A stretch of 64,000 bases of DNA from an uncultured Candidatus Rokubacteria bacterium (GCA_963747235.1 CAVVEU010000040.1:352001-416000); one strand, 5' to 3'; positions 1 to 11,463 are shown, counted from the first letter of the stretch. A program made the numbers and translations. The notes: a model not told the origin generated them from the sequence alone.

Positions 1-498
1 GGGGGCGCCCTCTTCGATTCCATGTCGGTCGCCGACAACGTGGCCTTCCCTCTCCGAGAGAAAAGCCGCCTGAAGCCGGCCGAGATCAAGAGCCGGGTGG
101 ACGAGAAGCTGGAGCAGGTCGGGCTGTCCGACATGGGGCACAAGAACCCCGCCGAGATCTCGGGCGGCATGCGCAAGCGCGTGGCGATCGCGCGGGCCCT
201 GGTCACCGAGCCCGAGATCGTCTTCTTCGACGAGCCGACCACCGGGCTCGATCCGATCCTGGTCAATACCATCCACCACCTCATCGTGGAGCTGCACCGC
301 AAGTTCCGCTTCACCGCGGTCATGGTCAGCCACGAGATCCCGGAGATCTTCGAGATCGCGGATCGCGTCGCCATGCTCCACGAGGGCGTGATCGTCGAGG
401 TCGGGCCGCCGGACGCGGTGCGCGCTTCCGCCAATCCCATCGTCCAGCAGTTCATCCGCGGGGACATCGAGATGGTGCCCGCGGGGCAACGGCGCTAG
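1..498 (+). CDS. mlaF: ABC transporter ATP-binding protein, MlaF/Ttg2A type (5'-truncated by window edge)
   Basis: Signature ISGGMRKRV, Walker B FFDEPTTGLD, H-loop VSH; directly upstream of mlaD and mlaC. Confidence 0.9.
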   Translation, partial: GGALFDSMSVADNVAFPLREKSRLKPAEIKSRVDEKLEQVGLSDMGHKNPAEISGGMRKRVAIARALVTEPEIVFFDEPTTGLDPILVNTIHHLIVELHRKFRFTAVMVSHEIPEIFEIADRVAMLHEGVIVEVGPPDAVRASANPIVQQFIRGDIEMVPAGQRR

Positions 499-511
499 CC
501 GGGAGAACAGA

Positions 512-952
512 ATGAAGCGTTCCGTACTGGATCTGAGCGTCGGCGTCTTCGTGCTCGTCGGGCTCCTCGCCCTCGGCTGGATGTCCGTGAAGCTCGGGCG
601 CGTGGATCTCCTGGGTAACCGGGGCTACGTGATCAGCGCCGATTTCCCGTCGGTGGGCGGCCTCAAGGCGGGGTCCTCCATCGAGATCGCGGGCGTCGAG
701 ATCGGCCGGGTGGACAAGATCCTGCTGCAGGACTACCAGGCCCGGGTGGTGATGGTCATCCAGCCCGGCATCAAGCTCCAGGACGACTCGATCGCGTCCA
801 TCAAGACCAAGGGGCTGATCGGCGAGCGGTACGTGCGCATCAGCCCGGGCGGATCGGAGAAGATCATCGGGCCCAACGGGCGGATCCGCGAGGTCGAGCC
901 GCCCGTCGACATCGAGGAGCTGCTGTCCAAGTACATCTTCGGCAAGGTCTAG
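512..952 (+). CDS. mlaD: MCE-domain lipid asymmetry protein MlaD
   Basis: N-terminal TM helix, GLKAGSSIEIAGVEIGRV and TKGLIGERY MCE motifs. Confidence 0.92.
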   Translation: MKRSVLDLSVGVFVLVGLLALGWMSVKLGRVDLLGNRGYVISADFPSVGGLKAGSSIEIAGVEIGRVDKILLQDYQARVVMVIQPGIKLQDDSIASIKTKGLIGERYVRISPGGSEKIIGPNGRIREVEPPVDIEELLSKYIFGKV

Positions 953-978
953 ACTCGACTCTCCAAGGGAGGCACTCG

Positions 979-1611
979 ATGAACTGGCTTCGCATGGGGG
1001 CAATGGTGCTGGCGGGCGCGCTGGTGGTCGGGGTGAGCGCGGCGCCCGCCGCGGCGGGGGTGCCCACCGACCAGCTCAAGGGCGCGGTGGAACGGGTCCT
1101 CAAGACCCTGGACGACCCGACGCTCAAGGGTGAGGCGCGGCTGCCCGAGCGGCGGGTGGCCGTCCGCAAGATCGCCAACGAGATCTTCGACTTCAGCGAG
1201 ATCGCCAAGCGATCCATGGCCCGGCACTGGCAGCCGCTCTCCGAAGCCCAGCGGACCGAGTTCGTGGGCCTGTTCGCCGAGCTGCTCGAGCGCTCCTACA
1301 TCTCCAAGATCGAGACGTACGGCGGCGAGAAGATCCAGTACACCGCCGAGCGCGCGGACGGCGAGTTCGCCACCGTGTCCACCCGCATCATCACCAAGAA
1401 CGGCACCGAGGTCCCGGTGGACTACCGCATGATCAAGCGGGCCGACCGCTGGCTCGTCTACGACGTGAGCATCGAGGGCGTCAGCCTCGTGTCGAACTAC
1501 CGGACCCAGTTCAACAAGATCATCCAGACCACGTCCTACAACGAGCTGGTCTCGAAGCTCCGGAACAAGCAGGACGAGCTGCTCGCCGAGGACAAGAAGA
1601 AGAAGCCGTGA
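979..1611 (+). CDS. mlaC: MlaC/Ttg2D (HpnM-like) periplasmic lipid-binding protein
   Basis: Signal peptide; WLVYDVSIEGVSLVSNYRTQF motif; SD GGGAGG upstream. Confidence 0.9.
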   Translation: MNWLRMGAMVLAGALVVGVSAAPAAAGVPTDQLKGAVERVLKTLDDPTLKGEARLPERRVAVRKIANEIFDFSEIAKRSMARHWQPLSEAQRTEFVGLFAELLERSYISKIETYGGEKIQYTAERADGEFATVSTRIITKNGTEVPVDYRMIKRADRWLVYDVSIEGVSLVSNYRTQFNKIIQTTSYNELVSKLRNKQDELLAEDKKKKP

Positions 1612-2789
1612 ACGGCGCCGCGTTCGCGGCGCGGCTGGAAGCGCAGGGCTACGACTTCTTCACCGGCGTGCCCTGCTCGATGATCGCGGGCCTCATCGCC
1701 ACGCTGGAGACGCACCCGCGCCTGCCCTATGTCCCGGCGGTGCGCGAGGACGTGGCGGTGGGGCTGGCCGCGGGGGCCTGGCTGGCCGGGCGGCGGCCGA
1801 TGGTCCTCATGCAGAACTCGGGCCTCGGCACGAGCCTCAACGCGCTGGTCTCGCTGTCGCTCATGTACCGCCTCCCCGCGCTGCTGCTCGTGACCTGGCG
1901 CGGCCACGCGGGCAAGGACGCCCCCGAGCACCTGCTGATGGGCGAGATCTCGCCGAGCCTGCTCGAGATGATCCGCATCCCGCACCGCGTGCTCTCGGCC
2001 AAGACCATCGCGGACGACATCGCGTGGGGCCGAGCCGAGTCGGAGCGCCTGAGCCAGCCCGTCGCCCTTCTGTTACCGCCCGGCATGCTCGAAACGGAAG
2101 AACGCGGGGCAGTGGCAGGGCGAGGTGAAGCCGAAGGCGAGCCGAGCGGATATAAAAATAGAGGGCGCCTGTCAGAAGCGCCATGGACTGACCGCACGCC
2201 CACCGCCCGCATCTCCCGCTTCGAAGCCCTGCGCGCCGCGGTCTCGGCGCTGACGTCCGAGCCGGTGGTCCACGCCAACGGCTACGTCTGCCGCGAGTCG
2301 TTCGCGGTCAAGGACCGGATCGAGAACTTCTACATGATCGGCTCGATGGGCATGGCCTCCGCGATCGGCCTGGGCGTGGCGCTCGCGGCGCCGTCGCGCC
2401 CCACCGTGATCTGGGACGGCGACGGCAACCTGCTCATGAGCCTGGGCATCCTGCCGATGATCGGCGGCGGCCCGGTGATGGGGCGCGGCCGGCCGGCCAA
2501 CCTGACGCACGTGGTGTTCGACAACGCCCTCTACGGCTCCACCGGCAACCAGGCGTCGCCCTCGCGCACGGTCGGCCTCCACCACATCGCGCGGGCCGCC
2601 GGCTACGAGCGCGCCACCGCCGTCGCGGGCGCCGACGAGCTGCACGCCGCCGTCGCCACCGCCGTCGCGGGCGGCGGACCGAGCTTCATCCTGGCGCGCG
2701 TGACCGGAGAGGAGCAGCCGGCGCCCCGCATCCCCTACTCCCCGGAAGAGATCCGCGATCGCTTCCGCTCGTCCCTGGTCAACCGGTGA
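1608..2789 (+). CDS. ThDP-dependent phosphonopyruvate/sulfopyruvate decarboxylase family protein (fused alpha+beta domains)
   Basis: FFTGVPCS, MQNSGLG, FYMIGSMG, DGDG...N ThDP motif, STGNQ; GTGA overlap with mlaC; interdomain linker contains a repeat copy. Confidence 0.85.
   Translation: MNGAAFAARLEAQGYDFFTGVPCSMIAGLIATLETHPRLPYVPAVREDVAVGLAAGAWLAGRRPMVLMQNSGLGTSLNALVSLSLMYRLPALLLVTWRGHAGKDAPEHLLMGEISPSLLEMIRIPHRVLSAKTIADDIAWGRAESERLSQPVALLLPPGMLETEERGAVAGRGEAEGEPSGYKNRGRLSEAPWTDRTPTARISRFEALRAAVSALTSEPVVHANGYVCRESFAVKDRIENFYMIGSMGMASAIGLGVALAAPSRPTVIWDGDGNLLMSLGILPMIGGGPVMGRGRPANLTHVVFDNALYGSTGNQASPSRTVGLHHIARAAGYERATAVAGADELHAAVATAVAGGGPSFILARVTGEEQPAPRIPYSPEEIRDRFRSSLVNR
2109..2154 (+). 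repeat. Intragenic repeat copy 1 (GCAGTnGCnnGGCGAGGyGmAGCCGAAGGCGAGCCGAGCGGATATA)
   Basis: 5 mismatches over 46 bp to the reverse complement of 28166-28211; read as AVAGRGEAEGEPSGY in the decarboxylase linker. Confidence 0.85.
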
Positions 2790-3526
2790 AGGCCATCATC
2801 CTGGTCGCCGGCGTCGCGCGGCGGCTGGCGCCGCTCACCGATTCCACCCACAAGGCCCTGCTGGAGGTGGGCGGCCGCTCCCTGCTCGATCGCATGCTGG
2901 AAGGGCTCGCGGCGTGCGGAGTGGAGGAGTCGGTGCTCGTGGTCGGGCACTGCCAGGACCAGGTGCGCCGCGCCGCGGGCGCGTCGCGCGGCGCCATGCG
3001 GATCAGCTACGTCGAGAACCCGGATTATCAAAAGGGCTCGATCCTGTCCCTGTGGCACGCCCGCGAGGCCATGCTGAACGGCTCCACCCTGATCATGGAC
3101 GCCGACGTGCTCTTCCCGGAGCGCTTCCTGACCCGGCTCATCGCCGCGCCCGCGCCGAGCGCGCTGCTCCTCGACCGCGGCTTCGAGGACACCGGCGAGG
3201 AGGTCAAGCTCTACGCGGTGGGCGATCGGGTCATCGCGCTCGGCAAGAAGTTCGTGCCCGAGGCCTGGGACGTGATCGGCGAGGGCATCGGGTTCTTCAA
3301 GTGCGGCGCGGCCCACGCTCCGGAGTACGTGCGCCTCCTGGAGGAATCCATCCAGGAAACGGGCGGGGCCAACGAGTACGAGGACGCCCTGCACCGGCTC
3401 CTCGCGCGGGTGCCCGTGGGCTGGGTGGACGTCACGGGCCTGCCGTGGACCGAGGTGGACTTCACGGAGGACCTGCGCCGGGCCGAGACGCAGGTCCTCC
3501 CCAAGATCGAGAGTCTCGGGCGCTGA
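2786..3526 (+). CDS. LicC/PntC-like cytidylyltransferase (phosphocholine/phosphonate/inositol-P type NTP transferase)
   Basis: AIILVAG..RRL..T...HKALL, ENPDY..GS..SL, MDADV, EYEDAL, WTEVDFTEDL. Confidence 0.85.
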   Translation: MKAIILVAGVARRLAPLTDSTHKALLEVGGRSLLDRMLEGLAACGVEESVLVVGHCQDQVRRAAGASRGAMRISYVENPDYQKGSILSLWHAREAMLNGSTLIMDADVLFPERFLTRLIAAPAPSALLLDRGFEDTGEEVKLYAVGDRVIALGKKFVPEAWDVIGEGIGFFKCGAAHAPEYVRLLEESIQETGGANEYEDALHRLLARVPVGWVDVTGLPWTEVDFTEDLRRAETQVLPKIESLGR

Positions 3527-3527
3527 T

Positions 3528-4701
3528 GTGGTCCGCGCCCTTCTCTATCTCCCCGACGACGCGGCGCCGGCCCTAGCCGCCGCCGCCGTCTCCGGACGCC
3601 CGCTCGCCGTCCGCGCCATGGTCGCGGCTCTACGCGCCGGCGCCTCCCTGATCGCGGCGCCCTCGACGCTGCGCGACGCGGAGGCCGAGCGCGCGCTGCG
3701 CCGGATGCCCGCGCTGGCCGCCGCGGTGAGCTGGCTCACGCCGGGCGCACCCGCACCCGCGGAGGAGCCCGGCGCGTGGCTGCTCCTCCCCGCCTCCTCG
3801 CTGATCCACGTGAGCGCCCTCGCCGGCCTCTTCGCCGCGCCCGCGCCGCGGGGCGCGGTGCTGGCGCCCTCGGCCGGCGGGCCGGCGCCGGTGGCGCTCG
3901 TCCCCGCGCCGCTCGTCGCCGAGCTCTGGACGGACCTGGCAGCCGGTCGGCCGGTCGGGGCCCTGCTCGCGCGACGGCTCCTGGACGCCGGGGCCCCGGC
4001 CCGCGAGGCGACGGGCCCCCACGTCGCCGTCCGCGAGGCGTCGGACCTGGCCCGCGCGGAAGCAGCGCTCGAGGCCACGCTGGGCATCGCGGTGGATTCC
4101 GGCGTGGACCGATACCTCCACCGGCGCGGCTCGCGCTGGATCAGCCGGCTCCTGGTGCGCACGCCCGGTGGCGCCGAATCACGTGAGCCTCGTGAGCCTG
4201 GCGATCGGCCTGGTCGCCATCTGGTGCTTCTGGCACGCGACCGCCGCGAGCGCCCTGCTGGGCGTGCTGGTCTACGCGCTCGCCTGCATCGTCGACCATG
4301 CCGACGGCGAGATCGCCCGGCTGACGTTCCAGGAGTCGCGCCTGGGGGCCAACCTCGACTGGACGATCGACACGATCATCCACGCGGGCATCGTGTTCGG
4401 CATCGGCGTCAGCTCGGGAGGACGGCTCATGGCCGTGGTCGGGTTCCTGGCCGCGGTCGGGGTGACATTGAGCGCGGTCTTCGCCCGCTACCTCCCCCGG
4501 GAGATCGAGGTCGGTCCCTCCGTGGGCGGCCTGCTCACGCACATCGCCAACCGGGATCTCTTCTACCTCGTGCTGCTCTCCTTCGCGGCCCTGCGATGGC
4601 TGGCGCCGTCGCTCGTCTTCGTGGTGGCGGTGGTCGTCGCGGTGGGCTCGCAGGTCTACTGGGTGGGCTGCCTCGCCCGTATCTGGAGGCCGCGCCCCTA
4701 G
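3528..4701 (+). CDS. CDP-alcohol phosphotransferase with degenerate N-terminal NTP-transferase-like domain (frameshift near 4167)
   Basis: DHADGEIAR..QESRLGANLDWTID signature in ORF 4168-4701; DSGVDRYLHRR..TP-V-APN joins the two frames across one extra base. Confidence 0.8.
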
Positions 4702-5672
4702 TGTCCCGCTGGTTCCGCCCGCTTCTCATCGTCACCGGCCTGGCCCTCGTGGGCTACCTGGTCGCGCAGATCGGCCCTGCCGCGATCTGGTCCTCGTTCG
4801 TCACGCTCGGCTGGCGCCTGCCGATCGTGCTCGCCTTCCCGTACGCGCTGGCCGCGGCGGTGGACACGCTGGCCTGGCGGCTCCTCCTGCCCACGCCGGT
4901 GCCCTTTCTCCTCCTCCTGCGCGCGCGTCTTGCCGGGGAGGCGGTGAGCCTGGCCACGCCCACGATGTCGGTGGGCGGCGATCCGCTCAAGGCCTACCTG
5001 CTGCGGCCGCGGCTCCCCCTGCTCGACGGCTTCGTCTCGGTGATCGCGGACAAGACCACCGTGGTGGCCGGCCAGGTGATCTTCCTCGCCCTGGGGCTCC
5101 TGGCCGCGACGTCTATGGCGGCGCCTCCGGAGGGCCGGCTCCTGCCGGTGATGGCCGGGCTGCTGGTGGTGGAGGTGCTCGCGGTCGGCGGCTTCGCGCT
5201 GGTGCAGGCCAGCGGCGCGCTGGGCGGCGGCGGGCGCCTGCTCGGCCGGCTCGCCAAGCGCGTGGGCGTGGGCGGCGCCGAACGCTTCGAGCAGGGCCTG
5301 GACGACCTGGACCGGGCGCTGGCCGGGCTCTATCGCCACCGGTGGCGGCGCCTCGTCGCCTCCGCGATCGTCCACGCGGTGGCCTGGGCCACCGGCGGCC
5401 TCGAGATCTACCTGGTGCTGAGCCTGCTGGGGACGCCGGCGCCGCTCGGCATCGCCCTGATCGTCGAGTCCTTCGCGAGCGGCGTGAAGTTCGCCAGCTT
5501 CATGGTGCCCGCCTCGCTCGGGGTGCTCGAGGGCGGCTACGTGGTCTTCTTCGAGGCCTTCGGCCTGGGGGCCACCGCCGGCCTCTCCTACGTGCTGGTG
5601 CGGCGGCTCCGCGAGATCACGTGGGCCGTCGTGGGGTTCCTCGCCCTGGGCGCCGAGCGCCCACCGGCCTAG
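4701..5672 (+). CDS. Lysylphosphatidylglycerol synthase TM/flippase-like (YbhN/HpnL-like) membrane protein
   Basis: Multi-TM; RLAGEAV..TP..SVGGDPLKAYLL, PASLGVLEGG, LVRRLRE; GTG overlaps previous TAG. Confidence 0.8.
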   Translation: MSRWFRPLLIVTGLALVGYLVAQIGPAAIWSSFVTLGWRLPIVLAFPYALAAAVDTLAWRLLLPTPVPFLLLLRARLAGEAVSLATPTMSVGGDPLKAYLLRPRLPLLDGFVSVIADKTTVVAGQVIFLALGLLAATSMAAPPEGRLLPVMAGLLVVEVLAVGGFALVQASGALGGGGRLLGRLAKRVGVGGAERFEQGLDDLDRALAGLYRHRWRRLVASAIVHAVAWATGGLEIYLVLSLLGTPAPLGIALIVESFASGVKFASFMVPASLGVLEGGYVVFFEAFGLGATAGLSYVLVRRLREITWAVVGFLALGAERPPA

Positions 5673-5762
5673 GTCTGCGGCCGGCCCTCGGGGCGTGTGC
5701 TAGACTCTGTGGGTCTGACGCGTCGCCGCATGTCGCGGTGACGAAGCGCTGAGGAGGCGGCC

Positions 5763-6836
5763 GTGGGATCTGTTCGCGTTGCGGTGGTCGGTGTCGGTAA
5801 CTGCGCATCCGCCCTCGTCCAGGGTGTCCACTACTACAAGGGTGCGCCCGACGACGGCTTCATCCCTGGTCTCATGCGTCCCCGGCTGGGCGGCTATCAC
5901 GTCGGGGATATCGAGTTCGTGGCCGCCTTCGACATCGACGCCAACAAGGTGGGCCTGGACCTGGGCGAGGCCATCGGGGTCAAGCCCAACAACACCGTCC
6001 GCTTCGCGGAGGTCCCCCGCCTGGGGGTGCCGGTGCAGCGGGGCATGACCCACGACGGGCTCGGGCACTACCTGTCCCAGATCATCACCAAGGCCCCCGG
6101 CAGCACCGCCGACATCAAGAGCATCCTGCGGGAGACCCGCACCGACGTGGTGGTCAACTTTCTGCCGGTGGGCAGCGAGATGGCCACCAAGTGGTACGTC
6201 GAGCAGGTGCTCGACGCGGGCTGCGGCTTCGTCAACTGCATCCCGGTGTTCATCGCCCGGGAGGAGTACTGGCGCCGCCGCTTCGAGGATCGCGGGCTGC
6301 CGGTGGTGGGCGACGACGTGAAGTCGCAGGTGGGCGCCACCATCATCCACCGCATCCTGACCAAGCTCTTCATGGACCGCGGGGTGCGGCTCGAGCGGAC
6401 CAGCCAGCTCAACGTGGGCGGCAACACCGACTTCTACAACATGCTGGAGCGCCAGCGGCTGCACTCCAAGAAGATCTCCAAGACGGACGCGGTCCGCTCC
6501 CAGCTCGCCCACGACATGGCCGACGACAACATCCACATCGGCCCGAGCGACTACGTGCCGTGGCTCGAGGACCGGAAGTGGGCGCACATCCGCCTGGAGG
6601 GCCGCAGCTTCGGGGACCAGCCCATCAACGTCGAGCTGAAGCTCGAGGTGTGGGACTCGCCCAACTCGGCGGGCGTGGTCATCGACGCGATCCGCTCCTG
6701 CAAGATCGCGATGGACCGCGGGATCAAGGGCGCCCTGCTCGCGCCCTCCGCCTACCTGATGAAGTCTCCGCCCGAGCAGTGGTCGGACGAGGTGGCGCAC
6801 ACGCGCCTGGAAACGTTCATCAACGGCGCCGAGTAA
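5763..6836 (+). CDS. ino1: myo-inositol-1-phosphate synthase
   Basis: [43 protein letters not shown]; SD GAGGAGG. Confidence 0.95.
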   Translation: MGSVRVAVVGVGNCASALVQGVHYYKGAPDDGFIPGLMRPRLGGYHVGDIEFVAAFDIDANKVGLDLGEAIGVKPNNTVRFAEVPRLGVPVQRGMTHDGLGHYLSQIITKAPGSTADIKSILRETRTDVVVNFLPVGSEMATKWYVEQVLDAGCGFVNCIPVFIAREEYWRRRFEDRGLPVVGDDVKSQVGATIIHRILTKLFMDRGVRLERTSQLNVGGNTDFYNMLERQRLHSKKISKTDAVRSQLAHDMADDNIHIGPSDYVPWLEDRKWAHIRLEGRSFGDQPINVELKLEVWDSPNSAGVVIDAIRSCKIAMDRGIKGALLAPSAYLMKSPPEQWSDEVAHTRLETFINGAE

Positions 6837-6860
6837 CCGCGCCGTCGTCGGTTCCGCTTC

Positions 6861-9606
6861 ATGATCGCGATTTCCCGGACCGGCCGCGTTCTCCGCCGGC
6901 TGGTTCGGCTGTCCTGCCGCCGGCCCGCCGTCACGGTGGCGATCTCCCTCCTGCTCGCCGCCGCCGCGATCGCCTACACCACCCACGCGCTGACCTTCAA
7001 GACCTCCACCCGCGCCCTGCTGCCCCAGGACGCGGGCTACGTGGTGCGCTACGCGGAGTACGCCAAGGAGTTCGGCGAGCTCGAGGACATCGTGGTGGTG
7101 GTGGAGGCCGGCTCCTTCGAGGGCGCGCGCGCCTACGCGGCGCGCCTCACCGAGGAGCTCCGGCAGGCGCCGGTCAAGTTCCAGCGGGTCGCCTACCGGA
7201 TCGACCCCAAGCGGTTCGAGGGCCGCCAGCTCCTCTACCTGACGACCCCCGAGCTGCGCGAGATCCGCGACAAGATCTTCGACCACCAGGAGTTCATGGA
7301 GAGCTTCGCGGGCGACCCGAGCCTGGCCCGCCTGCTCGAGGGCGTGAACACCCAGATGGCGGCCGCCTTCGTCTCCAACCTCTTCGACATCGGGCTCCAG
7401 GACAAGGACCTGCCGGTGGACACGCGCTTCCTGCGCGTGCTCCTGGACCAGATGGCGAGCCGCCTGGAGCGGCCCGCGCCCTACCGCTCGCCCTGGGGCA
7501 CGCTCTTCTCCTTCGGCGAGGACCCGCCCGACGACGCCGGCTACTTCCTCTCCGAGGACAAGAGCCTGCTCTTCATCCTGGTGGAGACCCCGCCCAGCGA
7601 GAAGGGCAGCTTCATGGGCGACCAGGCCGCCATCGAGACGATTCGCGAGGCGGTCGCCAAGCTGCGGCCCGCCTTCCCGAACGTGCAGGCCGGCGTGACC
7701 GGCGCGCCCGCGCTGTCCAACGACGAGATGACGGCGGCCTTCCACGACAGCAGCATCTCGGACGTGCTGGCCTTCGCCCTCACGCTGCTGGTCATGACCC
7801 TGGCCTTCATGCGGGTGGGCAAGCCGGTGCTCATGCTGGGCGTGCTCGCGGTGACGCTGGCCTGGTCCATGGGCGTGGTCACCCTCACGGTGGGACACCT
7901 CACCCTCTTCTCGGTGATGTTCATCTCCATCGTGGTCGGCATCGGCATCGACTACGGCATCTACTATCTCTTCCGCTACGAGGAGGAGATCTTCCTGGGC
8001 CGGAACCTCCGCGAAGCCCTCGAGCACACCGCGGCGCGCACCGGCCCCGGCATGCTGGCGGGCGCGCTGACCGCGGCCGGGACGTTCTTCGTGCTGATGC
8101 TCACCGATTTCCGGGGCATCCAGGAGCTGGGCTTCATCGCGGGCATCGCGATCCTGATCGCCTGGGTCGGGATGATGACGCTCTTCCCCGCGATCCTGGT
8201 GTTCGTGGACAGCCACCACGCGGACCGCCCGCGGGGGCAGCGGCCCCGCGCGCACCAGCTCGAGCGCATCCGCGTGCCGCTCCTGGACCGCCTGGTCACC
8301 TACCCCCGCACCGTCCTGATCGGCGGCGGGCCTCCTCACCGCGTTCTCGATCTGGGCGGTGCCCCGCGTGGGCTTCGACTACAACGTGCTCAACCTGCAG
8401 GCCAAGGGCACCGAGTCGGTGGCGTGGGAGCGCCGCATCCTCGCGAGCACCGGCCGCTCCGGCTTCAACGCCTTGTCCTCCGCCTCGTCTCTCGAAGAGC
8501 TGCGCGCCAAGCAGGCCGCCTTCGAGAAGCTGCCGTCGGTCTCCGACACCGATTCGGTCCTGCGCGTGATCCCGGACGATCAGGCCGAGAAGATCGCCCT
8601 GATCAAGAGCTTCGGCCCCCTGGTGGCCCCGATCCGCGTCGGCCGCTCGAGCCCGGTGGATCTCGACCGCCTCAAGCAGGCGCTCGCCGACATCAAGCGG
8701 CGCTTCGACGTGGTCGCGGTCGAGGCGGGGGCCAAGCTGCCCGCCGAGATCCGGGTGGTCCGCGACAAGACCATCGCGGTGCAGCGCCTGCTCGCGCGCA
8801 GCAACCGCGACTCGGCGGAGGCGGCGCTGAACTACCTGCAGGCCCAGCTCTACCGGGACTTCGTGAACAAGTTCTACAGCCTCCAGCGCAACCTCAAGCC
8901 CACCTCCGTGACCATCAAGGACGTGCCGGAAGAGCTCCAGCGCAAGTTCATCGGCGAGAACGGCCGCTTCCTCATCCAGATCCATCCCAAGGTGGACATC
9001 TGGGAGAAGGCGGGCGCGGCCCAGTTCGTGCGGGACCTGCGCACGGTGGATCCCGACGTCACCGGCCCGCCCATCATCACCTACGAGGCCACGGTGCTGA
9101 TGGAGCGCGCCTACCTCACCGGGAGCCTCTACGCCTTCGTCCTCGTCGGCGGCCTCAGCATTCTCATGATCCGGCGCATGCGCGAGAGCCTGCTCGGGCT
9201 CGTGCCGATGGTGCTGGGCGTCCTCTGGACCGTGGGCCTGATGCAGGTCTTCGGCATCAAGTTCAACCTGGCCAATATCTGGGGCCTGCCGCTCATCATC
9301 GGCACCGCGGCCGAGTTCGGCCTCAACGTGATCCTGAGCCACCTGGAGGGCCGCGCCCACGGCGGCCCGCTCGTCGCCCGCAGCGCGGTGCTGGGCGTCG
9401 CGCTGAACGGCATCACCACCATGGTGGGCTTCGGCAGCCTCATGATCGCCACCCACCAGGGCATCTTCAGCCTGGGCCTGCTGCTGACCCTGGGCTCGGC
9501 CTGCGGGCTCGTGGCCGCGCTGATCGTCCTGCCGGTGGTGCTCAAGCTGCTGATGAAGCCGGTGGAGCAGCAGGCCGCGCCGATCGAGAAGCCGTCGGCC
9601 GCGTAA
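6861..9606 (+). CDS. MMPL/RND lipid exporter, HpnN-like (frameshift near 8330)
   Basis: Two RND halves, GIGIDYGI in the first TM set; ORFs 6861- and 8359-9606 join by removing one base. Confidence 0.85.
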
Positions 9607-9692
9607 CGCGACCCGCCGGCAGCCCTTCGGCGGTCGCCGGGCGCGATCCGAACAAAGTTGGATCTCATGCGTGGTCGACCTTCCTATCCGCG

Positions 9693-9730
9693 CCCCCTCA
9701 CCCTGCCCTCTCCCCAGAGGGGAGAGGGAG
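9693..9730 (+). repeat. REP-like palindrome CCCCTCACCC..CCCTCTCCCC-nnn-GGGGAGAGGG, copy 1
   Basis: 10-bp perfect stem 9706-9715/9719-9728 between convergent genes; second copy at 46712-46749. Confidence 0.8.
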
Positions 9731-9734
9731 GTGA

Positions 9735-11443
9735 CTACAGCGCGTCGGGGCCGGTGGCGATGCGGTCGAGGTCGGCGCGCGTGTAGGAGCCGAGGCTGCG
9801 GTAGTCGAGGTCCACGTAGTTCTTGATCCAGCGCTGGGCGATCTTCACCGCCTTGCGGTAGCGCTCCTCGGTCTGGGCGTCGCGGGTCTTCATCAGGCGC
9901 AGGATGTCGTCGCACTCCTCCTGGAGGAGGCGCTTCACCAGCGCCGCGTCGTGGGTCGCCGCGGGGCCTTGAGTGGTCTTCACCGCGATGCCGGATGCGC
10001 TGCGCGATCTGGGCGACCGACATGCGCCCGGTGGCCAGGTCCTCCATCAGGGCCGGGTGCACGCCGGGCTTGCCCGCGAGGCTGTCGATGCCCTTGGCGC
10101 CGCGGCCCTGCAGCCAGCCCTCGACGTACTCGATCGACCATGCGGGCGTTGCGGCGCGTGCCCTCGAGCGTGATCGGGCCCGCCGGCACCTCGATGCGCA
10201 CCGGGTAGCTCTCGGGCTTCAGCCATCTCGGGCCTGGGCTTCCAGGTGCCGCTGCCGTGCACCCGCTTGAAGGGCTCGGCCGCGGTCTTCATGTGGAAGA
10301 TGTGGGCCACCCAGGCGCGGATGAAGCCCTGCTCGGCCTCCCACACCTTGTCGGCCTTGATGGACTCCGCGGCCACCCGGTTCACCTCCGGGTCGGGGTT
10401 GGGCAGGGCGGTGGCCATGCCGCCGATGGGGACGGCGCCGTGCTTGAGGCAGACCGCGACCAGCCGGCGGAAGATGTTCGAGAGGAACGGCGTGGTCTTG
10501 ATGTCCACCCCGAAGCGGTCCGGCCACACCGAGTTGGGATCGGCCATCACGAACTCGAAGATGCTCGCCTTGAGGTCCCAGCGGGCCGCGTTGAGCCCGG
10601 CCGCGTACGGGCCCGAGCGCGTGGAGCATCTCCTCCATCTCGTAGACCGCGGGCAGCGCCTCGACGAGGGGGATCGCGCGGATCGTCGCGTCCTTCAGAA
10701 ACGGCAGGAGCGCGCGGCTCCGGTCGAAGACGTCGCGGTACCAGGCGCACTCCTCGGCCCCGTCCACCTTGGGCAGGTAGAAGTAGATGCCCTGCCCGCG
10801 GCTGGCCTGGGCGCGGCCCGGGTAGTAGAGCGTCAGCGCGGTGCCGAGGATCGCGGCGGAGACCGGCCGGCCGTCCACCGTGACCTCGGGCTCGTCGAGA
10901 TGCAGGCCGCGCTCGCGGTGCATGAAGAACGGCAGCTCGCCGGGCGCGATGCGGTACTCCCGGTTCCGCTCGCGGTCCACGTACTGCAGCTCGTGGTTCA
11001 CCGCGGCGAGCCGGTTGTGGCAGGCGCGCACCGTGTCGATCAGGCGATGCCCGGCCGAGTCCTCGTCGTCGTCGAGGTCGCCCTCGGCGCGCTCGCCCTC
11101 CGGCCCCGGGTTGAGCGCGTTGATGAACATGCTGGTGATCGAGCACGGGCCCGAGATCTCGATGCCGGGGGTGGCCAGGTCCTTCGGCACCGGCGGCACC
11201 TTCCAGTCGGACGTGGTGGCCGCGCTCGGCGGGCAGCGGCTCGGGCAGCCGGCCCTGCTTGAGCGCGCGCACGAGGCGCTCGTCCCGCTTGGCCCGCAGC
11301 GCGTGCGCGCGCGGGGTGAACTCGTCGCACAGGCGGACGAGGTAGTCGCGGAACTCGGGGGTGAAGAGGGCGGCGGCGCCCTCCACCGGGGCGACCTGCA
11401 CCCGGTCGGCCGCGTTGCGAGAGGCTCCTGGATTCGCCGGCAT
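9735..11443 (-). CDS. Malate synthase (several frameshifts)
   Basis: PPVPKDL..PGIEISGP, FINALN, YFYLPK, GLNAARWD, GAVPIGGMAT, DKVWEAEQGF..WVAH across frames. Confidence 0.8.
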
Positions 11444-11463
11444 TGGCGTGGCTCCGTTCGGTA

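Noticed and set aside
2612-2672. ~20-bp direct repeat encoding ATAVAG twice
   Set aside because: Two copies of low-complexity Ala codons within a gene; not CRISPR-like
5700-8339. Very long antisense or alternate-frame ORFs (e.g. 5700-8339, 33559-36372, 41051-43576)
   Set aside because: Shadow ORFs expected at high GC; Arg/Gly/Pro-rich with no motifs and opposite well-supported genes
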